A stretch of 63,992 bases of DNA, counting the filler, from Hausera hauseri (taxonomy: Eukaryota): assembly GCA_046269625.1 (NCBI GenBank). It is 12 parts of 12 records of this genome, joined end to end, with 100 filler letters (N's around TTAATTAATTAA, not from the genome) between each part and the next. Parts side by side here need not be neighbours in the genome. Positions count along the whole stretch, not along the records: positions 23,603 to 27,552 come from JBJURY010863742.1; positions 27,653 to 31,705 come from JBJURY010792313.1; positions 31,806 to 36,691 come from JBJURY010403257.1; positions 36,792 to 44,202 come from JBJURY010016565.1; 8 more parts are not named here. One strand, written 5' to 3'. A program made the translations under genes and the position numbers. The notes under the pieces are model-generated. The model ran no database searches, had not been told where the DNA came from, and saw only the letters and a list, made by a program, of their open reading frames with translations. Shown piece by piece: positions 27,378 through 42,129 of this stretch (position 1 is the stretch's first letter; each line of letters starts with the position of its first letter).

Positions 27378-27435
27378 GAGCGTTTCAATTCTTTCATATA
27401 TATCGCAGTTGCCGCAACAGATACAGCCGCATGAT

Positions 27436-27552
27436 GCGAAGCAGAATACTGAGAAGCATGATACTGCGAAGCACCATACTGCGAAGCATCATACTGCGAA
27501 GCATCATACTGCGAAGCATCATACTGCGAAGCATCATACTGCGAAGCATCAT
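27436..27552 (+). repeat. 15-bp minisatellite (GCGAAGCATCATACT)n upstream of pPolB
   Basis: About 8 units, most perfect, running into the gap. Confidence 0.95.
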
Positions 27553-27842
27553 NNNNNNNNNNNNNNNNNNNNNNNNNNNNNNNNNNNNNNNNNNNNTTAA
27601 TTAATTAANNNNNNNNNNNNNNNNNNNNNNNNNNNNNNNNNNNNNNNNNNNNGTTTATCAGTTTATATGATCAGTTTGTTGGTTCACATGTTCGACAATC
27701 GTGTAAAAATAAATTTATTGACTTAAACGTTTTAGTTGTATCATGTTGTTGCCTTTCTATCAATATGCTCTTTATGTATACCTTATGTGCCATTAATTTG
27801 CTGCAGTTTCTTTTTTAGATGTATTTTTAGCACTGCTCAAAA

Positions 27843-28971
27843 ATGGTGGTTTTAACAGAACTTGAGATAAGAGCTTACTTCGAGTGCAGAATGCTGCTTA
27901 ATGAGAGCTCCAGGAAAATTCATGATGATTTGCGTACTATTAGTGTAGAATCTGCACCATCATATGCTACAGTTGCCTTATGGACAAAGCGTTTTAGAGA
28001 CGGCCGATAATCCCTTGAAGATGACCCTCGTGAAGGACCTCCCGTTACAATTACTACTGATGAAAACATTGGTCGTATCCATGACTTGATACATGATGAT
28101 CCTTTTCTAACAATCCGTGATAGATCTGACATTATGAACATTACGTTTGCAAGAGTTCAGGCCATTATGACAGATCACCTGCATCTAAGAAAAGTTTGTT
28201 CACGGTGGATACCCCATATATTGACACCAGCTCAAAAAGTGGAACGTGTTAAAACGTGTCGTTCTCTACTGAGTCAGTTTAGGACAATGGGTCAATCCAC
28301 ATTTCTTAGTGGGGACAGGTGATGAAACTTGGGTGCACTACTTTGAACCCAAAAGAAAACAACAATATATGGTCTGGATAGCTAAAGGAGATCATCCACC
28401 TCAAATGGCCAGACGGGAGAAGACTCGGGAGAGAGTATTGTACTCAAAATTTTTTCAATGGAATAGGATCTGTTGCTCAAATTCCCTACACCTATTGGAA
28501 GGACAATCACTGGCAATTATTATCGTGAATCAGTTCTTCCTTATGTACTACAACAGTATAACAACAAGTATCCTGAGACACCTCTACTCCTCCACCATTA
28601 TAATGCTCCACTCAATAGGTCTGGTGTTGTGCTAGAGTTTGTGGAAGAACAAAACATGAAAATAATTCCGCACGAACCTTACAGCCTTGATTTGGCTCCC
28701 TGCAATTTCTGGCTGTTCCATCAGTTAAAGGATCACCTACGTGGGAACAAATATGAGAGTCGGAGTCATCTTGGATCTGAAATTTCGCAGTATATGGAAC
28801 ACCTACCTACAAGTGACTATGAAAAGTGTTATGAACAATGGCGAAATCGCCTGGAAAACTGCATACAAGCATATGGAAAGTATTTCGAGCAATTGTAAAA
28901 AAACAATGAGATTTGTGTTTTTAATAAAGAATTAAGTGTTGGTTCTTGTTACTTTTGGATCATCCCTTGTA
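27843..28971 (+). mobile_element. Mariner transposon, near full-length transposase pseudogene with 3' TIR
   Basis: SLEDDPREG, KVCSRWIPHILT, TGDETW, HHYNA and HEPYSLDLAPCNFWLF. TIR TTACTTTTGGATCATCCCTTG followed by TA at 28949-28971. Confidence 0.93.
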
Positions 28972-30299
28972 TATATTTTTATGGTTGGATGTTGGTTACT
29001 ACAATGATAGTTCCTTTGTTAGTTACAATGCACCAGTGTCATTCAAGAGTAGAAATAGTCGTGCCGTTTGAAATTGTATTGCCGAAAACTACATCTCTTA
29101 CATTGATCAAACTAGAACGTTTTTATCAAATCATCAGCTTGTATTCAACGTCTGATTTTGCTGAAGAAGCCAATTGTGGTGCCGAGGCTTCAGGTGCCAT
29201 CACCATTCTCGGCAATCTGTCCACCATTTGATGCCGTTAGGCCGGCATGTTGTCCGTCTTATCCGTCGCCTTTGGACTCTTGTTCTGCTGGCAGTCGAGT
29301 AGTCATTCATCATATTCAATATCCTAGTAACTCACAAAAAATACGTAACTCTCGGAAAATTATTTTTTGATCTCTTTTGAAAATCAATTTCGTCCCTTTA
29401 GTGCATGTCAAATTTTAATTCCGACGCTCTATTAATCAAAAGTCATTTACTCATTTTGAAATTCTGAAAAAAATGAGAAATTTCATCAAGAAAACCGGAA
29501 TGGCATGCAAACAAATTCGGAAAGAAATCATCAACAACAATTCAACAACTCGACTGGTGAACAAATCATTTACTATCGACCGTGATATTTTTTTTCCACA
29601 ACGAAATCCCCCTAAAATAAACGATTTGGAACAGAAGTTTCGTACCGAAAACGAATTGCTTTAATACGTTCGACAAGACAAACAAAAATTCGACTTTATC
29701 GAATATTCAATGAACTTCAGACTCCATCATTTCGTCAAGGTACCTTTTCAAGAAAGCCATCAAAATTTCTTTAATCTGTAAAAAATTGACTAACGTGAAC
29801 AGGTGCCGAATTTCGGCTCACGGTCGATTAACCCGACCTTGGTTGTTTTTTCTTTCTTCCTTTGCAAAAAAATTTTAATTGTTTAAATATTGCAAAACTT
29901 TTCGGCCATTACAATTCCGGTTTTAATTTCATGATTTTCGCATCAATTCAATTGAAATCCAATTCAGTTGCATTTTGACACTAACGCTTTTCAATTCCAT
30001 CATCCTATTTGACATTTCATTTGTTATTTCTCTATTGTCAGTTGTACAAAAGAAATTAAGTTCGTTCAGTGTTTTCAAAATTTTTATTCATGATGCAGTT
30101 TTGGTCAATGTTGACTTATAAATGCCCGGTTTATTTTTCTTACAATAACAAAAACGGGGTGTTTAGATCGTTTGGTTGGCGGGATCGATCTAAGCGCTCC
30201 AAAATGTCAGGTAATTTTTGTTGTAATGCGTTGGTTCACTTCGTTCAGGATGTTTTTCCGAAATAGCAACGAAATTACAGTCTACAAACAAATACCCAA

Positions 30300-31350
30300 C
30301 CGCAATGAAAATATTAAAGTATGCAAGATGCTTGACACATTTCAGTGATGATATAGATCAAATTGAAATACAAGAACACAAACTATTTCAATGAAAAGGA
30401 GTGCTTACAGACCGATTTTCCAAAGGATAATTATATAATGTTTAATGAATATGAAAAACTCTCAGAGTACCAGTCGTAATATATTGCTAGGTTGAAGCAA
30501 TATTACACCCGATACAGGGATGTTATCAAAATTCTCAACAGCCTCATACAACGGTATATCAGCTGCGTGAATAATCTTCATTTTGTATGTAAGCAAAAGG
30601 ATTTAATGAAAGTCCTTTTTTGCACAGAGGTCCAGGGTCACCTTTTTTATTTATGGAGATTTGAGAATATAGCCAACACAGTTCAAAATATGAAGCTGAA
30701 TGAGAAAATGCCACATTGTTATTTATGCAGTAATAGCTTTACTTTCGACAATCACAAAGTCAGGGATCATTGTCATATCATAGACTATTTTAGAGGTGCC
30801 GCATGCTATTCATGCAACCTACGCTGTCGCACTATTAAATTTATTCCTGTTGTTTTTCACGATTTAAGTTGGTATGATTCCACTTTGTTTTTAGAAAATT
30901 AAGTGAAGCTGTGGGAAAGATTGTCATCCCTCGGAGTGAAGAGAAATATATAACAATAACAAAACACTTAGGAAAAATACAGTTCAGATTTATTAAGAGC
31001 TTCAAATTTATGAGTGTGTCACTTGATGGTTTAGCCAAAATTCTTCCGCCAAGTGATTTAAGGAAAACAAGAACATTTTGCTCAGAATGTATGGCAGGCT
31101 TTCCATTGTAAAGCGATTGGTAACTACAGCGATCCATATATTAAAACTGATATTACTGCTCACCAGCATATTCGAGAACTTCCGGAATGCTACCGTGGAA
31201 AATCACAAACTGGACCCTGCACATTTCTTTACTGCTCTGAGAATGTCATGGACGGTAATGCTCAGATATACTTGTGTGAAATTGCAGATACTTAAGGATT
31301 ACAATATGATANNNNNNNNNNCGAAATGGGGATTCGTGAAGGAATTTGCC
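30300..31350 (+). mobile_element. Second Maverick pPolB/EndoVII fragment (degenerate)
   Basis: CYLCSNSF..KVRDHCHIIDYFRGAACYSCNL..PVVFHDLSWYDS, SEEKYIT, FKFMSVSLDGL and FENFR..LDPAHFFTA. Confidence 0.88.
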
Positions 31351-32335
31351 TCTTGGCCGGCTCTCTTATGGCATGCCAATATGGTTCATTTTTCAGAAAT
31401 CTTTTGCAAATTGTAACCTCTTCATTTTATGTAAATATGATAAATTTACTATAGATTTTATTCTCATATACTTCATATAACTGTTTTTCAGACATCAATA
31501 TACAGTACTGCAGTTAACACTAATCAACACCTGTTGAAATATTTGTCTACAGGACATTTTATCAGATTTCAAATTTTTACAACTTGTCTAATTTGTTTTT
31601 CGTATAGTATCTTCTAGACTTCTTAATATCTTTCTCATAGTTCTGAGAGTTTTGCAGAAATTTTCCTATGGTTGTGTGATGTCTTGCCATAATTGTTGAA
31701 ATTGTNNNNNNNNNNNNNNNNNNNNNNNNNNNNNNNNNNNNNNNNNNNNTTAATTAATTAANNNNNNNNNNNNNNNNNNNNNNNNNNNNNNNNNNNNNNN
31801 NNNNNGTTGTCCCGCCAACTCCAAACAACTTCCAACCAATATTCAAGTCAACTTCCGTTCCAAAAATAGATACTGAAACCTGATCCAATCCAAATGCAGA
31901 TGTCCTATATTCATTTCGTTATATATGAAATTGTTACGTCATTTCACACTTCCACAATCTTCCCTACTAACATGCAGATGTGACATTTATATGCGCAAAG
32001 TTGTTTTTTGTGGTTTATATAGTTAATTTACTTCCTATGTATTTATAATATAGATGTTTTGTGATATAAAAAATTGATTGAACAGAATTGATTGTTGTAG
32101 ATAAAAAAACATTAAATAAAGTTATTATTATCCTCTACTGGATTCTATTTTTATTATTCTGATGTCGAATATATCTCAGGAACTACATTGGTGTCAGAAA
32201 AATTCTATTATCGTGATGAAATTATGCGCCATAAAAATGTTAAATGATAGTTATTATTTGTTGGATGTACTTGGAACTATTTTCGAGAAGGATTTATTTT
32301 ATTTAAATATTTTTGGCGTTGACGATTATTTTGTA

Positions 32336-35300
32336 ATGCAGTCTTTTGAAGGTCACTACAAAAAGCCAAGAACAATCAATTACAATAAAGAAATATCGTG
32401 GGGATCTAAGGATGTCGTAGAAAAGGCGAAATTAGAAAAGGAAAAACGTGCTGTAAAAACCCAGAAGATTAATTCCGCAGTAAGGATTCAAAATGTCTAT
32501 GGAAAATACTTAATCAGACGGGAAAAGAAAGCATATTGTCGAGGAGAATACGAGAAGTTATTGTTGGAAATTCGTGGTAAATCGTGCGGTGAATATTTAC
32601 AATGCGTAAATTACCCTTGTTTTTTGGAATGAAAATGATGAATCGAGTTGCTAGCTGAGGCAATTATTTGAAACATTAATAAAAGAACAGACCACTACTG
32701 TAATATTTAATATTTCAATACCACCAAATTATTACTAGGTTGTGAATGTTGGTTTGTTGGTAAGATTGACTTTCAAATTTTTTCATAATCTGAAAGAATC
32801 ATGCAATCCATCCGATTATGATGTCAATATTCGATTTGTCGAAATCGTTTTGCTAACTTCATCGTAAATTCAATATTTGTATCGATTTATTGAAAACCAA
32901 TTCCTTAACCTTTCAATTACCACCGATTCTTTCTTCAGACAACCGAATATTAAGTATCGTTTGGAAGTACTTTTGTCACCGATATTCTGTGCTCGTCTGT
33001 ATCATTTCTATTCTGATATCATTGTTCGATGTTAAAATACTCTGTTGCTCGGTGAAAAATGATTCGAATTCTTCTTTTAAATTTGTGAAATCCTTGACTG
33101 TTCCAATTGTGGACATAATAACTTTGGAGGATTTTGTTGAAACTGTTTTCGATCGTCTGTTCGTTTCATCCAGTAAACTACCCACTGTACAGTTATCTTC
33201 TGCTCTTCTCTATTTCCTGTTATTCTCATCCATTGAACTTAAGTCTTATTTGTTGACGCCAAAACTCAACGCCCAGATATCCATTATATTTGACATGTTT
33301 GTCATACACTCATCAATTCCAATAAATTGTATTTGTCAAACAATTTTAACCAAACCGGTGATGCAATCCGCTGTGAAACAGTTAAATATTTCCAATCGAA
33401 AGGCATGTCTGTCGACGATGAAAGTTCATCATCAGAATCAGAAGGTGTTGATTCATCATCAGATAGCAATGATAGTGACGATGATATCGTCGAATATCCT
33501 ACGTCTACTAGAGATGTGAAAACGATGACAAATATTGAAGAGGCCATTGCTGTAATTTTGAAAAATCAATTTTCATCCTGTATTCTTTGTTTGGCTGTGA
33601 AAATCGATGAACCATCGATCAATTATAAACAATTCATCGATTCGATTGGTTATATTTACTATTTGTTAGTTCTATATTCGAAAATTGCCAGTACTGCTGA
33701 ATCAAAATCATTTATTCTTAATCTTACAGAAATCAGTAAGACTTTATCCAAACAGTTTTGGGATTGTTGTGTTTCTCAGAAGTCAGAAGAATCAAAACGT
33801 CCACTCATCCAATTGTTAATAAATGGACAGATTTCAACGAATAAACAGGAAGTCGACGACTTTTTCGGCAAATTGCTTTTCTTTGCAAATTTATTGCATT
33901 GGCGACTGCTGAGTGTGCAAGATCTTGATTTGGTGCGAACCGATTCAGCTTGCTATTCAGATCTTATTGGCTTTACAACATCAGAACTATGCAAGATCGT
34001 ACTTCAATTGCGTGACGTTATGTACGGTTTAATTATGCTTATTTATCCATCATCAGATTGTTTACGCACAAAACATCAAAGCAGCTCCAATCCTTCAGAT
34101 ATCAAATTCATCAAGATATTTACCGAACTGCAAAGAGTTGTTATGAGGTTGTATAATAGAGATGTCCGAAAGGGTTTGCAAATGTCTGGTAAACGATTAG
34201 AATGGGTGAAGAACGACGTTTGTCGAATAAATATCGAAAAGATCGTCAATAACAACAAATTATTTGTTCAGAGTTACAAATTCGGTAATTTAAATTCCCC
34301 TTTCAATCACACAGATATGCGACAGATTACTCTTCTGAAGGAGATGCCATTTTGTGTTCCATTCGGTACAAGGATGAAACTGTTCAAGGAGATTCTTCAA
34401 GCAATGAAGACAAACAGTAATTTTTTACTGAGAGAAACCGTTCGGGTTCGGCGAGATCATTTATATGAAGATGCCTTCGGTCAAATAACAAAATCCAACA
34501 TTTCCAACTTTACAACTCGACTTCAAATTCAATTTGTTGATGCGTTTGGAATGGTAGAAGAGGGCGTTGATGGTGGCGGTTTGCTACGAGAGTTCCTCAA
34601 CACAATTATTAAAGATGCATGTGATCCAAAGAGAGGACTATTCGTTACGACTAACAACAACATGCTTTATCCCAATCCAGATGTGGAAATTGTATATAAA
34701 GACAATTGGAAGAAGCACATGCAATTCTTCGGCCGAATGCTCGGACTTACAATCTTCAAAGGTTTGCTGATCGACGTTCCTTTTGCACCATTTTTCCTAC
34801 AGAAACTATTTAGTAACAAAACGACGAAAGAAGAAATTGACATCGACAATTTACAATATCTTGACGAAGATCTCTACCGAAATTTGTTATCACTCAAATC
34901 GATGACAGAGATCGACGAGATGAGTTTAGATTTTACCGTTAGTCGATTCTGTTACGGTGAATCCCAAACTGTCGAACTGAAACCCAACGGTGCAAACATT
35001 CCTGTGACGAATGGAAACAAAATTGAGTACATTTATCTCGTATCGGATTACAAACTCAACCGACAGATCGCAAAACAGACTGCAATTATAAGTTGTGGTA
35101 TCGACGACGTTTTCCCGATTGAATGTTTCAAATTATTTGATTTGGATGAAATTTCATTGTTGATCACTGGTGGCGAATTGTTAATCGATATTGATGATCT
35201 TCGTCGGAATACCGTGTATCATGGAGTGGACGATCCAGACCGATCTGTGACCATTCAGTATTTCTGGCTTGTGTTGCTCCAAATGACTGAGGATGAAAAA

Positions 35301-35525
35301 CGGAATTTCATTCAGTTTGTAACATCTATTTCTCGTGCACCGTTACTTGGGTTTTCTGAACTTTCGCCGAAATTCGCTATCCAGATCGTTCCGGATACAG
35401 ATCGATTACCAACAGCCAGTACCTGTCTCAACTTGTTAAAACTTCCTGCGTATACAGATATGAGCGAACTTAAAGAAAAACTATTGTTTGCAATTGGATC
35501 AGATTGTGGTTTCTACTTAAGTTGA
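32336..35525 (+). CDS. UBE3C: Ubiquitin-protein ligase E3C-like (IQ motif + HECT)
   Basis: N-terminus MQSFEGHYKKP..SAVRIQNVY (UBE3C-like). HECT motifs VRRDHLYEDAF, EEGVDGGGLLREF and catalytic DRLPTASTCLNLLKLP..GFYLS*. Short introns in the 5' part (e.g. 32700-32738). Confidence 0.9.
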
Positions 35526-36959
35526 TTGCTATTATTGCGTCATATTCATTTTGAAATTATTATTTTTGTAACAAAATATAGTTGAGACTTTTTATTTTGG
35601 GTTTCTGTTTTTTAAATTTCGTGGCAAGTCTGGTAACAAATTAATATCAATATACTTTCTATGCATGCAAAAATATTAACTTAGATGATGCGAGGGCCAT
35701 AAAATATGTGTATACATAAGAATATTGATAATCCCAGTTCGAAATTTTTATAGCATAACATTTAACCTTCACGATTTGCACGCATAAAACAAAATTAAAC
35801 ATTGATAAACGTAATGTTTAAATTTCAAGGTCCTAATCATTTGCGCGAAATTTCGTATTCTAAAATTGAAATTTCATGCACCGTTTCTGGACCGGTTGTA
35901 ACATTCCCAATAAGTAACTGAATTTTATTGTAATTTTTTGGTAACATTTTCCATTGGGGATAAGAGATTAGTGCCAATAGTTTGAAGCAAAATTGGATAA
36001 ATTGAGCATAGCTTCTTAAAACTAAATATCTTTAAAATTTTTCATGAAATTGTATCCGAAATGAATCGAACTGGCCCTCATTTCGACCAGTGAAAATGTA
36101 TTCAGTATAGTTTACAAATCATTGCATGATTCTTTATACATATCTCACTCAAACGGATAGAGATTGAAATACCAAATAAGTCTTCATCATCGTCATCATC
36201 ATCAGACATACATACATACGTTATCCGATAACCTGTTCTTGTATTCCGTACATGGTATCGAAATAGCTGCTGATAATTCAAAAATTCGAAATCTCGCATA
36301 GTCACTATAACGAACACGCTTATCAACGGACTCGAATAAAACCGATGAACTTTAGCATTGGTTATCTATCATATCGGGATACAAAAGTAATTGGAAATAG
36401 TCAAATACCTGACCNNNNNNNNNNCAATCAGAATGAAATTAAGTTGAAAAGGCGATAGCTGTTCACGAATATGGTTTATCTTTTTGTTCAGTAACGTGAA
36501 ATGTTTAAGGTTGAAAGTCAAGTGGCACGTTGGCTGTATACCGGTTGGTTGTTCTGATAGTTTTTTGTAACTTTATTCTCCGAATATTTTGACTGCACTT
36601 CTACATGGTTACGCCCGCTTGTACTTTTTAATGGCTCATACATAAATTTTTAATCTTTTTAAATTTTCTGGTGGTGGGGATAATACACAAGNNNNNNNNN
36701 NNNNNNNNNNNNNNNNNNNNNNNNNNNNNNNNNNNTTAATTAATTAANNNNNNNNNNNNNNNNNNNNNNNNNNNNNNNNNNNNNNNNNNNNTATTTTTCA
36801 CAAAATGTCTAACAAAATATCCATGGAAATGACATTTATTATTCCAATACTTACTAAATATGTGCATTAGGTATATGATTTCGGGAAAACATTCAAACGA
36901 CATAATATCAGTGGATGACTTTTTAAGCAAAGTTAATTGAATAAAGTCTAAAAAAATGT

Positions 36960-38010
36960 CGCCCATCAAACAGTTTGAAAATTTGTACATCATCGCAGTA
37001 TCCAAGACTAATCAGCAATGCACAATATAAATTATACTGCAGCTCCATGAAGTGTCATCTGTTAATATGAAGCATAAGTTCAGTTTTTCCGCTGAGTGAA
37101 TGTCCTGTAAAACTTTTATAGCCTATCTGCACACACGCATTGTTTGCGTTCAGTGTATATAAGTGAAGGATGTTAAAACCGATGTGTCTGAAGGCATCGT
37201 AATGTTTTCGGTTATGAGTGAACAGCATCTTGAAGAAGGTCACATTGCTCTTCCCAGCAGTAGAGATCACTGAACTATGCATCACACCACTGCCTACATA
37301 TAAAGACAGAACTGTTGCAGGTTTTCTCGCTCATTGGGCAATATTACTAAAGGCCAGCAATGCAAATATCTCTCGGAAGTTCCAACGGGCATTGCTGATG
37401 CCAGGCAGTGTACCAAAGTTAAATTTAATGCCTGATCACACAAATCAAGTGATGCATGAATTTTATACCATCTCTCCAACCCTTTTCCTGCTCTTGAAGT
37501 TCTGTGGCATCTTTGTTCTTTCTCTTTCCAACTCTTCCTTCAGCATTTCATAGTCTTCAAGTATCCTAGTTACGAATGGACAGTTTATGCTAGGCGACTC
37601 AGTTACATCTCCAAGTAATCCATCACACACGTGTCTAAGTATACGATAAGGTATATGGTGCTGGCATGCAATAAAAACTGGTGCAGATTCACCATGTTCA
37701 AAGAACTGCTTCTGAAGTTTCATAACAACGCCAGACTTTGAAATGGTGTTAACATTTGTTGTGTCTGATACTATCATTTTAATAGCTAGCCATAAACCGT
37801 ACTCATCTAATACGTTGTGAATTGCTGCTGTAATGGTAGCAGACCTTCCGTTAGGTAGCACCAGGACAGCTTGTCTCGCTTCTTTTAATTCATTCTTTAA
37901 TACCACTATTTGATGTTCTTTCTTCTTGATTATCTTTCCATCAAAGTGCAAGAACCGTTTGCTTTTGTACACTGTCTGCTTTAAAATTTCTCTTACTTTA
38001 CTTGCTTTTC
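36960..38010 (-). mobile_element. hATm-like DDE transposase fragment
   Basis: LHFDGK..IVSDTTNVNT..SGVV..FIACQHH motif set typical of this family. Frameshifted. Confidence 0.65.
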
Positions 38011-40184
38011 TGTAAACCGCTTTCGTTACGTTGTTTTACATAAAAGTCTTAAGCCGGTTTACCAACGATAAAACAAAGCAGTCGAATAAAACGACCTGCA
38101 ATAAAACAACACAAAAGAAAAAGACCACGTAAAATACAAAATGCTTATTGATCTCGTCAATGAGTTCGTTCACAGATTCGAATGACTCATCGGAACTAGA
38201 CCGAATGAGTCTCTGTCTTGCTGGCTCAAACCGGAGTTTGTGTCAGCGATCAGGAACTAGCTCGCTTTCCGTTGGTACCAGGGCCTGGAAGAGTTGGTCA
38301 ATCGCCGTCATTATTCCCAGGAAAATGTCGATGAATCTGGTCGAATCGAAAAACCGTCGCTTGTTTGCGTCCTGGTAGTAGGCGTCGAGACGTGCCCTAG
38401 CCATGTGATGCGGATCCCCAACCGACAGGCTTGATTGGTGCCGCACGAACCGGTTTCGCTCTAAGAGCTCTCGTGCCGTACAGAAATCCGAGTAGGATCT
38501 GTACGGTTGGAATCGTCGGTCGGTGTGATATTGCCGTCATCGCGGCTCAACGTTTTGTGAGGTGGGATGTCCATTGAATCTCGTTTCCGGCTCATTGTGT
38601 GACTCGTCACTAGGGATGTGTGCATTTCCTCGATAGTGGACTGGTCGAGATACATTAGGAATTCTGTACCCCGGAGTAACGTAGCCAGTCTACCTGGCGA
38701 TAGACTCACCAATTCGGGCCTTGACTGGTGGCGAAATGGGCATAACTGCTGTCTCTTGTTCCCGGACGATTGGTTCACCGGATCTTGCGGGGGTTCTGGT
38801 TTTTGTCGAGATTTCTTGACCGACAGTAACAGGTTTCTTTTTGACAATTAAAGGTTGCATTTTTAACATATTTTTTGAATATCGGAGTTGTCGTATTTTT
38901 TTTCTTTTTGAATGCGTAAGTGATTTTTAATCTGTAGATTTGAACAAACGGGTTTAAATTCACAGATATTTTGGTTATTGATTACAAACGCTGGTTGGTC
39001 ACTTCGACAGTGAATTCGATTTTTGGAACTTGTAATCATTTTGTAGATTTTTTGTATTGTATACGTTTAATTTTATTTATACTTTATCATTTAATTTACA
39101 ACTGCTCGGTACACATCTGACTTAGAAGGAGTTGCTATTTTGATGCCTGAGTCGTGCAAAATTTTGCTAACTGCAGCAATTCGTCGGACTGGCAACTTTC
39201 CAGATCGTACTAACAAAACTGCACTAGGTGTAGTCGACTGAGAACATTTTCGACGTGTGCCTTTTTCGTGGCCTTCTGGTGTGGATGATTATAAGTAGTG
39301 TAATCAGTGCTCCTTTGAGATCCCTCGCTATCACTAGAACTTTCTTGAAAATTCACGCTCTGTTGTTGTTATTCAAGTGCTTTATTAACTCTAAAAATCT
39401 TTATTCGCTTTGATGGATGAATTGAACTTATTGTTCACTACAACAAATCCACATCGTCACTGAGAAGATTTAAATTCATAAAACTGTATCATAGCACCGA
39501 GGTTTGTTGGGAGAGGAAGTCTACCCCTAAAACAAACGTGCATCTCCAACTATCGCCGTAAAAAGCATCACGAGGAATTTTAAAGGTATATCGTCATAGA
39601 CAAAATTAATCGCCTCCAAAAAACCGAACAGAAAATTCAAAATAACGTCCAAATCATTTAATTTCTTCAAAAACAACTCCGGCAAAATTTGTTCGGAAAT
39701 AAAACAACATTTCGTTGTTATTTTTTTTATTTGTTTTTCAAAATGTCAATTGGAAAGTGCAAGTAAACAGAAAAATTCATGTAGTTCATTAATTACAAGT
39801 ATTAAAACAATGGCGGGTTAAGTGACCGTATTGTAAATTTCGTACATAAATGTTATTTACAAATATATTATTTGCATGCACCAAATAGTGAAATGGAAAT
39901 TTTAAATTGGCTGGAGTTTTTTTGTGAAAGATTACATGATAATCGTATGGACAACGATAATATTTGTGGTTGTTATTTTCTGATAATGAATTCTCCATGT
40001 CATCTTTAAATTTCATATTTGGAAGGAACAAATCTTTTGTAAAATGAATGATTCGTCGGACATTAAAATTAACTGTGAATTTATAATAGGATGTTTTCGA
40101 GAGCCGATTCGCCTAATGGTTTGTTTTGAGATTCTGTCTGGAAACTAAATAAATGTGGAACAAAACTAGCTGAAACTGAATAAA

Positions 40185-42120
40185 ATGCTGATGGATCTTT
40201 TGTGGAACAATAAGTTCAACGAATCTTTCTTTCCAACCAGTATAGTAACGTTTTCAATGGATACGGTAAATGTAATGAAATGTGACGTCATCACTCTAAT
40301 GTGCAATGTCATTCGGTCCATTATCTGTCATCATGAAGTAAAAATTCAAAACAGTGCACTTTACAACATACTTCATGATCTGTCACTAAGTTTCCCCGCC
40401 AACTTTAGCATGCTAAAAGTATATTCGTCCATAATTTCGAAACAGACTGTAAATACCATTAATGATCGAAATGGATATTCCGATGAAATAGCGGTTTAGA
40501 CTGGTTTTGTGACTTTAAGGACATCGAGTCCAGTCATGTAAAAATCATTGAACAGTCACTTGGCGTTGACAATCTAACGAAAACGTGTCAATTGCCCACT
40601 ACATACATTCCGTATTGTACAAGAAGAAAACAAATTATCATGCCGAGAGATCTCGAGGGCTATGTTGTCGAGGACAACGTCGTGTGGGCTATTTGGTACA
40701 GTACTTGCGATGTAATTAAAGCCGAGATTGAACTGGTAGACATTTTGCTGACCGAGACAATTGCCAATGATTGTTTTACTGTTCGTCCAGTTTTGGCTAG
40801 TAGTGCCAAGGATCAAATGGAATGACTTAACATTATTCTGGACTTCTTTGCCTTTTGTTTGGAGAACAATTTGCAACAAATCAATATCTATGAAAAGTTT
40901 CTCCACATCTGAAAATCGTTATTTTCGAAAATACTTTTCATCCCTAGCTGACAAATTACTCTGCGGAAATCGTTAGTCGTTGCCAGCAATTTGTTCACAA
41001 AATCAGTGCTGACAATGTTTTGACGAATATCGATCGAAAAGGGTTCATTATAAACTCCATTTGGCACTCGCATTTAATATCGACGAACGTGTGGGGTTGC
41101 CCACGAGTACTTGAAATTCGTTACCGAGTTAATTCTCTTGGAGAAAAATTCAATCGGTGATTCTAGCATTTTACCATCGGCTGTTATTTGCTGAATCGTG
41201 AAATGTGATGTGCAGTCAGTTCTGGCAACTCTGTTTCAGAAGAATTTCGAAAATGCATCGGATGTGACAATGATAGATTTGAGTTTGCAAAACCAAAATG
41301 CGGTATATACAAGATTTAATTTACAACGTTCTTGAAACTGCAACGAGTGCACCCAAAACAGCGTTGATGTTATTCAGGGTGACTGTCAAAGTATTATTAA
41401 ACCAGAGTAATTGGTCGAATCAAATGTTGGCTATTCACGATTCCGAAAAATGACCTGCAAGCATGTTTAAAACGGGTTTGGCAGTTCTTCAGTTTTTGTT
41501 AACTGAAAGCAAGGAGCTGGAACAAGATTCCGATGGAGCCCAAGCGATTATCAATGTGTTACAGTCGGACGCGAGTTTCAAAGAATCGACACATTTTAGC
41601 AAATTTTTACCGGGAAATTCTACTTTATCATTCTGCCGGAAATTTGTATTAAGTCTTTTTGAATATCTCGATTATACTACAGCGTTAGAGTTCCAAGAAT
41701 GGCATTGATGGTTATGAAACTGATCGTGAAGCACATTAACATATCAATTTTTGGATGTATGGGTGAAAATTGATTTTGAGAGTCACTTCTAGTGACGTTG
41801 GTGATTTGTATATTAGATCGTACCTATTGTAATTGTGTAGTGAATGTATTTCGCGTGTGAATTTGAGATTTTTGATATTAATTGGGGTATCCAATTGTGT
41901 TCTCGATATTATCTGTAGAAGGGCAACGGAATTACAAGAGGAAACATGTGTCAGTGTTATGAATCAACTTTGTATTGTGTTGGGTAATCTACGACCCCCA
42001 TCTTCCATTGTCTGCAAACGACATGCTGATTTTTAGATGCCTATTCATTGCTTATTAGATCTAATAATTTGACAAACACGGATTGCAGTGCAATTCTGCA
42101 AATATATGATAACTATATAC
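40185..42120 (+). pseudogene. Decayed coding sequence of an unidentified large helical protein
   Basis: Succession of protein-like ORF fragments on the same strand (40185-40499, 40592-40825, 41463-41708, 41833-42036). No motif recognised. Confidence 0.35.
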
Positions 42121-42129
42121 TGTTATTTG

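Noticed and set aside
27436-27552. Possible CRISPR array or His-rich (AKHHT)n protein
   Set aside because: Head-to-tail 15-mers with no spacers, in a eukaryotic context. The ORF is antisense to pPolB and is an artefact of the repeat.
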